Of a stretch of DNA of 47,761 nucleotides, positions 26,301 through 32,787 are shown piece by piece. The position numbers and the translations under genes are program-made. Source of the DNA: a virus; the IMG/VR virus record IMGVR_UViG_3300048565_000032; one strand, written 5' to 3'. How positions within the stretch are numbered: position 1 is the first letter of the stretch; every line of letters starts with the position of its first letter. Below the pieces are notes generated by a model, which was not told where the DNA came from, made no database searches, and saw only the letters and a program-made list of their open reading frames with translations.

Positions 26301-29300
26301 GAGCGACTCCGGCAAGGGAACAGGCTACTTGGCGTTCTCGGCGCGTGTGCGCGAGACCGCTGCGCTGCTGACCAAGGAGACCGGAAAGACGTGGACCCCG
26401 GCCGAGGTGCAGGAAACGATCTGGTCGTGGGCGAAGACGCTCTACGAGCTGCAGACCGGGGAGGCCTCTGCGACGCAGCTGCTCGCCGAGGGTAAGCTGA
26501 CCGATGAGCTGATCAACTCGACCCCGGACTTCAGCAATCTCTTCCACGAACCGAACTACGCAACGATCCTCAACGAGGCTGGCTATGGCGCGCAACTCGA
26601 AATCCTCCGTGGCACTCGCGGCTCTGCTGATGTCCAGCTTGGTCAAGAAGCCGGATCTGGCAGCGAAGCAGAAGCTACTGCTGGAGAAGCTCGCCGCCGA
26701 CTCCAGCTCCAAGCGGCCAAGCGCCTCGAACGACTCCGCGAACAACGAGCTACCGCCTCCGCCCTCCGCAACGGCTTCGAGCAGCTCGGGCTCACCGATG
26801 ACGAAAGCGGAGACGTCGGTGGAGGGGCGGCTGCGGGACAATCTCCTGTCTACGGAACCGCGCGCGAAGGAAGCACCCGCGTCCGAGCCGTCCACTACTC
26901 CAAGCAGCCCCGAACCTTCCTCAACGGAGCAGCCTACGGCACCGGGCTCAGCGGACAGGAACGCTCTCGCGTAGCGGGCGACCCGATCCTCGGGCAGCGC
27001 ATCTACTTCTACGTCGACGCGGGCACGGGGATCACACCCGAGATCGGTGTCGGAACGGTCGGCCACGAGGTCGTCCTCGAAAACGTCTACGACATCAACG
27101 AGGACCCGCTCGGCATCATCGCCGAGTGGAAGAAGCAGCGAGCCGAGACCGGTGCTACCCTGAACGACATGGAGCTGGCGATCCACACCGCCGGCTTCGA
27201 TGGCTACTTCGTCCCGGCCGTCGGCGCAGCCGTGCTCGTCGGGCCACAACACACGAACGTCTCAGTTCGACAGATCGGTGACACGAATGGACCGCAAACA
27301 GATCGAAGCAACCAAGCCCCGCAGGGAGCAGTTCCAGACCCGAGCGGAGTTCGAGGAGGCTCTGGGGTTCTGGATGAGTCGTTCCGGCAGAGCCCTGTCG
27401 ACGATGCCCCCCTCCGAGGACTCCCCCAAACCGTCCGACACGCCGGCGAAGACGTAGCGTTCGGCCCGTTCCGCACCGCGCGTGAAGCCGCGGCGCGATA
27501 CATGGAGAGGGCAGGGCTCGAATACAACCCGCCGCGCGACTACGTCCAAGTCGATCGTGCGCGTGCGACGCGCATCGCGCAGGCCTTCGAGGAGATGAAG
27601 CACGACCCGGGCAGCCCGGAAGTGCAAGCTGCCTACGACGCGATGATCGATGAGACCATCGCGCAGTGGCAGGTGATCAAGGAGACCGGGCTGCAGGTCG
27701 AGTTCATCGACGGGCCGGACCCCTACCAATCGCCTCGCGACGCGATCCTCGACGTCACGCAGAACAACCACCTCTATGTCTTCCCGACGACGTCTGGCTT
27801 CGGCGGCTCCGAGTCCGCCAACGTCGACATCTCCGGCAACCCGCTGTTGCGCGTCGTCGAGGGCGAGGAGATCAGCGGGCGCCCGGTGCAGGCGAACGAC
27901 ATCTTCCGCATCGTCCATGACTACTTCGGTCATGTGAAGGAGGGCGTCGGCTTCCGTGCTCGCGGTGAGGAGAACGCGTGGCAGCAGCACATGGCGATGT
28001 ATTCGCCGCTCGCGCGCAAGGCCGCGACGAGCGAGACGCGCGGCCAAAACAGCTGGGTCAACTTCGGACCGTTCGCTGAGTCCAACCAGACCGCCAACGG
28101 TGCCGACACGCAGTATGCACCGCAGAAGATCGGCCTGCTCCCCGACTGGGTTGTCGAGGAAGGCTACGCCGGCGACGCCCTCGCCGCCGGAGAGCGGAAG
28201 AAGCCGCAGGGAACCTTCTCGCCTCGGACGCTGACGGCGTTGTTCTACAAGAAGGCCAACATCTCGACCGTCCTGCACGAGACCGCGCACTACTACCTGA
28301 CTGTCTACGCCGACATGGCGGCGCGGCCCGACGCGACGCCTATGATGCGCGCGAACATGCAGACCCTGCTCGACTGGTTCGGGGTCAAAGACCTCGCGAC
28401 GTGGAACGCGCTGTCGATCGAGCAGCAGCGCAAGCACCACGAAGCGTTCGCCTACAACTACGAGGTCTACGCGTTCGAAGGCAAGGCGCCGAGCAAGGAG
28501 ATGAAGACGATCTTCGCACGCTTCGCCGAGTGGCTGCGCGTGTTCTACAAGGATCTGCTGGAGCGCAGGAACCGCGTCTACCGCCGCGAGTTCGGCACCG
28601 ACCTGCCGATGCTGACCAAGGAAGTGCGGCAGGTCATGGACCGCATGCTCGCGAGCGAGGAGGCCGTTGCGCTGACCTACGCGCAGCGCGACCTGCTGCC
28701 CGTGTTCCAGACGCAAGAGGAGTCCGGCTTCGACGACGCGAAGTGGGCAGCCTACCAAGCGATGTGGCAGGAAGAGCGCGACGAAGCGGTCGCCGAGGTC
28801 ACGCGCGCCAGCCTCCGCAACGTCCAGTGGCTGTCGGGCGCTGAAGGCAAGGTTGCCAAAGCGCTGCAGGCTCGGAACAAGGAAGAGCGCGCGAGGATCC
28901 GCCGCGAAGTCGTGCAAGAGGTGCAGAACAACCCGCGCGACCGCGCACGCCGGTGGCTGCGCAAGGGAGAGGTCGTCCAGCCGGACGGGACTGTCGACGT
29001 CGAGCCGAAAGGCACGCCGCACAAGCTCGACCGCGCCACGGTGGTGTCGATGCTACCGCCCGGCACCGATCTGAAGCCGCTGAGCGGGATGCTGAAGAAC
29101 GACGGCCTTCACCCCGACCACGTCGCGGAGGCGCTTGGAGGCGAGTTCAAGACGGGCCGCGCGCTGCTAGACGCCCTGATCGAGATGCGTCCGTTCGAGG
29201 ACATCGTCAACGACCGCACCGACCAGCGCATGCTGGCTGAGCACGCCGAACTGGTCGAGGGGACACCCGAGTGGCGGGACTTCGTCAACCGCGCCGTGAA

Positions 29301-32064
29301 CAGCGAAGCGAGGGCGCGGTTCGCCGCTGCCGAGCAGCGCGCTCTGCAGAAGGCGACCACCCCTGTCCGCGTCCTGCTCGACTCCGCTCGCGAGGCCGCA
29401 CGTCTCTCGTTGGAGCGGTCGAAGGTCGCCGACGTGGACCCGCGCAAGCTGACGGGCACCTTGGACTACATCACCCGCAACCTGCACGAGGCGCAGCGCA
29501 AGGGCGACACCGACTCGATGATCATCTGGAAGCGGAAGCAGCTGCTCTACCACATGCTGGTGGCGCAGGCATACGAGGCGAAGCAAGAGATCGCGTCGGC
29601 ACGCGACGAGTTCCGCAAGATGTTCCGTTCCGACAAGAAGCTGGCGAAGGAGCGCAACGTCGACCTCGTGCTGGCGGCGCGGTGGGTGCTGTCGAAGTTC
29701 GGCCTGACCAGCGAACTGCAGGCGAAGGCGTCCGAGACGGCTCTCGCCACCGCGCAGGAGAACGACCCCGAGCGGCTCGAAGACACGAAGCCTCTGATCG
29801 ATGCCGCAGTCGCCGGCGCGAAGCCTTTCGACCAGCTCACGCTGGCGGAGTTCCGCGACCTGCGCAACACGGTCCGCTACCTGTGGGCGCGCAGCAAGCG
29901 CGACATGGAGATCGAGGTCTCGGGGCGCAAGGTCAAGCGCTCCGCCGCGGTCGCCGAGATGCTCGTGGAGATGAAGAAGGTGCTCGGCGAAGCGCCGGTC
30001 GAGACGAGCCCGATCACTGACGAGGCTCGCAGGTCGAGCCGCTACGCCAGCACCTTCGCGAAGCTGACGCGCATCGAGCACTGGGCGCGCAAGATGGACG
30101 GTGGGACCACGGGCCCGGTGACGACCTACTTGTTCCGCCCGCTGCGCGAACGCTACGACTCCTACATGGTCGATCGCGAGCGCCTCGTGAAGCGCATCCA
30201 CGAAGGCCTGCAGAAGCTGACGTTCAGCGACGCGAAGATCGAAGCCACGGAGCTGATCGGCGCGCCGGTGCTCAACGGCACGAAGCAGCTGCTCGGGGCG
30301 GTCCAGCACGCAGGCAACAACTCGAACCTGCGCAAGCTGTTGCTCGGCTACGGGTGGACCGAGGATCTCGGCAAGGGTGAGTTCAACCGCTCGCGGTGGG
30401 ACAACTTCTTGACGCGCATGATGGCGGAAGGGCACCTGACCAAGGAGCACCTCGACTACCTGCAGATGGTCTGGACGCTCAACGAGAAGGAGCTGAAGCC
30501 GATCGCGCAGAAGGTCAACCGCGAAGTCTACGGTCTGTTCTTCGAACAGATCGAGGCGACGCCGTTCGAGACGCCGTGGGGCACCTACGCCGGCGGCTAC
30601 ATGCCGGCGAAGCCCGACCCGGACCACCCACGCAACAGCGACATCCGTCAGCGGGAAGCGCTCGACGGGATCCAGGCGATGGAGAGCGACTTCCGCAACT
30701 CGATGTCCGGCACGGCGCGCGGCTTCACGATCTCACGCAACCTCTCGACTCGTCCGCTCACTCTCGACATCCGGCTGCAGTCGCGCCACATCGACGAGGT
30801 GCTGCGCTTCGTGCACATGCAGCCTGCGCTGCGCGACGTGAAGGGACTGCTGAAGGACCGTGAGTTCGCCAGCTACTTGAACGGCGTCGACCCGACCGCG
30901 ATCAAGGACATGCTGATCCCGTGGCTCGAAGACGTCGCGCGCAACCAAGTCACGAAGCCCAGCTCGATGCCCGCGCTCGACAAGTTCTTCGGCTTCCTGC
31001 GCCGCAGCACCGGCTTGAACTTCATGTTCGCCTCGTTCCGCAACGCCGCGCAGCAGATCACCGGGCTCAGCAACGTCCTCGTCTACGTGAAGGGTCGCCA
31101 CGTCCGTGACGCGATGTGGCGCTACTACACCAGCGCGCCGAGCACGACGAACTGGGTGGTCGAGCGGTCGAAGTTCATGCAGTCGCGCCTGCGCGATCAG
31201 GTCGGGCAGCTGCACGACGACATCGACCTCCTGCTCGATCCGTCGTGGATGGGCAACCTGAAGCGCTGGACCAACAAGCACGGCTACTTCGCTCAGCGGT
31301 TCATGCAGAACCAAGTCGACGTCGTCGCGTGGCTTGCCTCCTACCAGCAGGAGATGGAGAAGTCCGGGGCCGACGTGAGTGACGCCGACGCCGTCGCCGC
31401 CGCGATCGCCGAGGCTGACGCTGTCGTGCGCCTGACGCAGGGCAGCGTCACCTCGATCGACACCGCTGCCTACGAGCGTTCCTCGGCCTTCGCCCGTCTC
31501 TTCACGCAGTTCAGCTCCTACTACAACACGGTCCTGAACCAGATCACGTCGGCACCGCCGGGGTCGAAGGCCCGCGCCTCGCTGCTCGGGCTGGTCATGC
31601 CGGCGTTCGGTGCGGCCGTCATCGCCGCGGTCGCCTCGGGCGGCGCGGAGTTCGACGACCGGGACGAGAACGGCACCATGGACGAATACCTGGAGTGGCT
31701 GTTCTCGACCCAGGCGCGCGCTGGGCTGGCCACAGTGCCCGGATTCGGCCCGCTCCTGGCGCAGGCCGCGTCGGGGGATAGCCGCGCTGGCGACCGCCTG
31801 ACGCCCGCGCCGGCGTGGTCCTCGCTGCAGGCGCTGGCCCGCTCGGTGTCGAACCTCGCCAGCGGCGACCCGCGAGGCGGCGGCCGGCAAATCTACGACG
31901 CGTTCACGGTGTTCGCGGTGGCCACCGGCATCCCGGTCGGGGGCCTGGGGCGGTCGATCGGCTACGCGGTCGACGTCGCGAGAGGCGACGTCGTGCCGCG
32001 CCACTTGGCGGATCGCATCCGCGGCACCCTGAGCGGCAACGCCGGCTTCGGCACGCGACGCTAG
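23311..32064 (+). CDS. Giant polyvalent virion protein (2,917 aa): N-terminal hydrophobic region, ART-like (H-Y-E) domain, HDxxGH domain, HExxH metallopeptidase motif, C-terminal TM segment
   Basis: Uninterrupted 8,754-nt ORF. FRNWFGDSKVVDEKGQPLVVYHGT...GKFYFASS...EGYDGIV lies at about 25200-25680. IFRIVHDYFGHVKEG lies at about 27900. HETAH is at 28276-28290. The TM-like segment LLGLVMPAFGAAVIAAVASGG lies near 31580. Confidence 0.7.
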   Translation: MSGLSLPPNATTPTADQLTEIRRRQEAAQAAEKDQRMMAVFRQAVTINPEARAEAESISKRLGKPVEALTDNIDVAREMLKVRELQETRRQYPNLDKRLDNLEFTSLVHDDLGNLKLTEDTFDWVKRNFRTGKFMNERGEIGARMMAGLSNSDDTLRLEQLKLLTQDAGQDTGFVASALQLSGQMIGPMAKSFAASTAAAGAVSLFSGPGATVTGPAAFTTTMLASTFAQTAVIEGGNAFLDMRDKGYGEDVSMFSAAFVGLANGALETVGLGIVLNPIRKAVIRRTANKLGQALARPTTKEAITTLAKDYFASVFGEAGQEGVQEFVNVIGEAFARDATDPNLPAPSWGEIGERVSDAFITTAKGMALLGLPAPAIRFHMDTRAAADAKEHQNFMLGLKKGAAESKLRQRNPSVYKDYLRKTAEGSPVEKLYLDGKVFSETLQQLDNVEGSDVTGPVASQQLEAAMPGILERVAEAARTNSDVTIDTAEFAAKLTETAVGDALMPHTRPSESARSFAEVEARAEDVKAMKAEADELLQEKRTTDKEFVESADRVEENLYQQLNATGVLTEKAMSRAVAQQYVSFVVVNAAQLKMTPEEFYKRYPYRVFAAEAQPRDSAAFDQTGDRRTDSPEFRNWFGDSKVVDEKGQPLVVYHGTASTFDTFSKQKAQDKEGRRLGMGWGAGKFYFASSGEAASSAAQFAEMTGRGKQPQVMPVYLSMRKPIDAGSYLARVAARVAKGATRDAAIAQTDREVRKEGYDGIVDHVSGGIAVFDPTQIKSVNNRGTYDPTDPNVLNQLGDSRVKTPTPAVRKLLKSLTPAEQRKITDKTAAKVIAQLKKLPSAKEMAAVAQGGVAKRGWYRESAAALEAVFGADAPRFAMLLAALSPQTSVEQNLTNALNVWKTWIDAGRPTGRDAIIDVMASSVQGKSRESVLEAWIPNSVRALTTDSPSGSLLSGPKVNSFFRNLIGDTTEVTLDAWMANYALVDQAMFGGSLTKSDSGKGTGYLAFSARVRETAALLTKETGKTWTPAEVQETIWSWAKTLYELQTGEASATQLLAEGKLTDELINSTPDFSNLFHEPNYATILNEAGYGAQLEILRGTRGSADVQLGQEAGSGSEAEATAGEARRRLQLQAAKRLERLREQRATASALRNGFEQLGLTDDESGDVGGGAAAGQSPVYGTAREGSTRVRAVHYSKQPRTFLNGAAYGTGLSGQERSRVAGDPILGQRIYFYVDAGTGITPEIGVGTVGHEVVLENVYDINEDPLGIIAEWKKQRAETGATLNDMELAIHTAGFDGYFVPAVGAAVLVGPQHTNVSVRQIGDTNGPQTDRSNQAPQGAVPDPSGVRGGSGVLDESFRQSPVDDAPLRGLPQTVRHAGEDVAFGPFRTAREAAARYMERAGLEYNPPRDYVQVDRARATRIAQAFEEMKHDPGSPEVQAAYDAMIDETIAQWQVIKETGLQVEFIDGPDPYQSPRDAILDVTQNNHLYVFPTTSGFGGSESANVDISGNPLLRVVEGEEISGRPVQANDIFRIVHDYFGHVKEGVGFRARGEENAWQQHMAMYSPLARKAATSETRGQNSWVNFGPFAESNQTANGADTQYAPQKIGLLPDWVVEEGYAGDALAAGERKKPQGTFSPRTLTALFYKKANISTVLHETAHYYLTVYADMAARPDATPMMRANMQTLLDWFGVKDLATWNALSIEQQRKHHEAFAYNYEVYAFEGKAPSKEMKTIFARFAEWLRVFYKDLLERRNRVYRREFGTDLPMLTKEVRQVMDRMLASEEAVALTYAQRDLLPVFQTQEESGFDDAKWAAYQAMWQEERDEAVAEVTRASLRNVQWLSGAEGKVAKALQARNKEERARIRREVVQEVQNNPRDRARRWLRKGEVVQPDGTVDVEPKGTPHKLDRATVVSMLPPGTDLKPLSGMLKNDGLHPDHVAEALGGEFKTGRALLDALIEMRPFEDIVNDRTDQRMLAEHAELVEGTPEWRDFVNRAVNSEARARFAAAEQRALQKATTPVRVLLDSAREAARLSLERSKVADVDPRKLTGTLDYITRNLHEAQRKGDTDSMIIWKRKQLLYHMLVAQAYEAKQEIASARDEFRKMFRSDKKLAKERNVDLVLAARWVLSKFGLTSELQAKASETALATAQENDPERLEDTKPLIDAAVAGAKPFDQLTLAEFRDLRNTVRYLWARSKRDMEIEVSGRKVKRSAAVAEMLVEMKKVLGEAPVETSPITDEARRSSRYASTFAKLTRIEHWARKMDGGTTGPVTTYLFRPLRERYDSYMVDRERLVKRIHEGLQKLTFSDAKIEATELIGAPVLNGTKQLLGAVQHAGNNSNLRKLLLGYGWTEDLGKGEFNRSRWDNFLTRMMAEGHLTKEHLDYLQMVWTLNEKELKPIAQKVNREVYGLFFEQIEATPFETPWGTYAGGYMPAKPDPDHPRNSDIRQREALDGIQAMESDFRNSMSGTARGFTISRNLSTRPLTLDIRLQSRHIDEVLRFVHMQPALRDVKGLLKDREFASYLNGVDPTAIKDMLIPWLEDVARNQVTKPSSMPALDKFFGFLRRSTGLNFMFASFRNAAQQITGLSNVLVYVKGRHVRDAMWRYYTSAPSTTNWVVERSKFMQSRLRDQVGQLHDDIDLLLDPSWMGNLKRWTNKHGYFAQRFMQNQVDVVAWLASYQQEMEKSGADVSDADAVAAAIAEADAVVRLTQGSVTSIDTAAYERSSAFARLFTQFSSYYNTVLNQITSAPPGSKARASLLGLVMPAFGAAVIAAVASGGAEFDDRDENGTMDEYLEWLFSTQARAGLATVPGFGPLLAQAASGDSRAGDRLTPAPAWSSLQALARSVSNLASGDPRGGGRQIYDAFTVFAVATGIPVGGLGRSIGYAVDVARGDVVPRHLADRIRGTLSGNAGFGTRR

Positions 32065-32067
32065 TAG

Positions 32068-32141
32068 TGGCAGGACGGGGTGGGGTCGAACCACCATCGC
32101 CCGATTTGGAGGCGGGCATTCTACCGTTGAACTACCGCCCC
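32068..32141 (-). tRNA. tRNA-Trp (anticodon CCA), CCA-3' encoded
   Basis: Hand fold of the reverse complement. Acceptor GGGGCGG/CCGTCCT (two G-U pairs), D arm GTTC-AACGGTA-GAAT, anticodon arm CCCGC-CTCCAAA-TCGGG (C-U at 31-39), variable CGAT, T arm GGTGG-TTCGACC-CCACC, then discriminator G and CCA. Confidence 0.8.
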
Positions 32142-32166
32142 CGAGAAAAGACTCCGCGGCTAGGGA

Positions 32167-32291
32167 TGTGACAGCAGGTGGCTTCGCCTCGGCCAGCGGC
32201 GCTTGCGCGCCGGCAGGATTCGAACCTGCGTATCTTTGCGGTGAAAGATGGAAGCCGTCACGGCATCCGCGGATTGACAACAGCTGTCACA
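32167..32291 (-). ncRNA. Candidate Y-like RNA (unit 4): 9-bp terminal stem enclosing a hairpin and tRNA-like module 3 (32179..32229)
   Basis: 5' TGTGACAGC (32291-32283) pairs perfectly with 3' GCTGTCACA (32175-32167). Inside: GCAGG-TTCGAAT-CCTGC, CGGCGC-GCAA-GCGCCG, C, TGGC-CGAGGCGAA-GCCA. Confidence 0.55.
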
Positions 32292-32373
32292 CACCGAATC
32301 CGGCGACGAGCCGTTGGTCGACCGGTGCGTGACAGCCGAAGAAGAGAGCCCGACAAGGGATCGTCACAGCTTT

Positions 32374-32427
32374 GCCCTACCGTTTGGGCTACGGGCCCGT
32401 GGTGGGCCTGCCGAGATTCGAACTTGG
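32374..32427 (-). ncRNA. Permuted tRNA-like module 2 (T arm, closed acceptor helix, D arm)
   Basis: CCAAG-TTCGAAT-CTCGG (one A-C mismatch), CAGGCCC-ACCAC-GGGCCCG, TA, GCCC-AAACGGTA-GGGC. Confidence 0.6.
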
Positions 32428-32494
32428 ATGCAAGCCGGGACAGCATTCGGGCAGTGAGAGTCGGCGACAAGGGATCGCAGCAGTCTTCTTTCTC

Positions 32495-32547
32495 GCTCTA
32501 CCGTTGAGCTACACCGGGCAGGGCCCGATGGCTGGACTCGAACCAGC
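32495..32547 (-). ncRNA. Permuted tRNA-like module 1 (T arm, closed acceptor helix, D arm)
   Basis: GCTGG-TTCGAGT-CCAGC, CATCGGG-CCCTG-CCCGGTG (7 bp including one G-U), TA, GCTC-AACGGTA-GAGC. Confidence 0.65.
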
Positions 32548-32787
32548 AACCTAGACCTTAGAGGGGATGTAGACCGCTACTGCATTCGCCGAAATGGTGC
32601 GCGGACAAGAGGTGTGACAGGTGTGTCTTGGCAAAGCATCGGGGAGCCCTGATCAAGGGGCCCGGTAGCCTCGTGGTGAAGATGAAGCCCGTCACGGCAT
32701 TCCGCGTCTGGGTGTGCGACAAGGGTCGGCCGGAGCGAGGTATCATGGCGAGATGAACGCCCCGGTCAGCATTCGCACGCCGGCACT

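Larger units (their letters stand above)
32142..32787 (-). ncRNA. ORF-free array of four paralogous structured-RNA units downstream of rsr (candidate Y-RNA array)
   Basis: No credible ORF on either strand. TTGTC boxes recur at 32722, 32608, 32470, 32356 and 32280, and G(A)ATGC boxes at 32702, 32587, 32448 and 32268 (minus-strand reading). There are three tRNA-like modules. Confidence 0.6.

Noticed and set aside
13679-32064. Diversity-generating retroelement, looked for because the head module resembles that of Bordetella phage BPP-1.
   Set aside because: No reverse-transcriptase motif (YxDD) is present in any ORF, and I saw no template/variable repeat pair near the 3' ends of the structural genes.
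32068-32141. The tRNA-Trp as a prophage attachment site, which would make this an integrated element.
   Set aside because: The contig closes on itself with no flanking host genes, no integrase or recombinase is present, and no partial tRNA duplicate is seen.
32283-32291. TGACAGCTGT-type motif as a promoter or operator rather than an RNA stem. Similar strings occur at 44201-44211 and 38003-38010.
   Set aside because: Not fully rejected. No acceptable -10 box follows at 17 +/- 1 nt in the RNA region, and the 9-nt perfect complement 116 nt downstream favours a stem. The resemblance to the -35 context at 44206-44211 is a caveat.
32167-32547. Alternative reading of the T-arm/D-arm pairs as ordinary tandem tRNA genes whose anticodon arms are replaced by long introns.
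   Set aside because: Acceptor strands pair only within a module (CATCGGG with CCCGGTG; CAGGCCC with GGGCCCG; CGGCGC with GCGCCG). The 5' strand of one module is not complementary to the 3' strand of the next (CCCGGTG against CAGGCCC; GGGCCCG against CGGCGCG). No 17-nt anticodon arm can be drawn upstream of any T arm.
32142-32787. Short ORFs in the RNA region (32178-32507+, 32258-32470-, 32364-32549-, 32372-32554+, 32558-32746-).
   Set aside because: They overlap one another in several frames, have Arg/Pro/Ser-rich translations and lack ribosome-binding sites. They also coincide with the tRNA-like helices and the repeated boxes.
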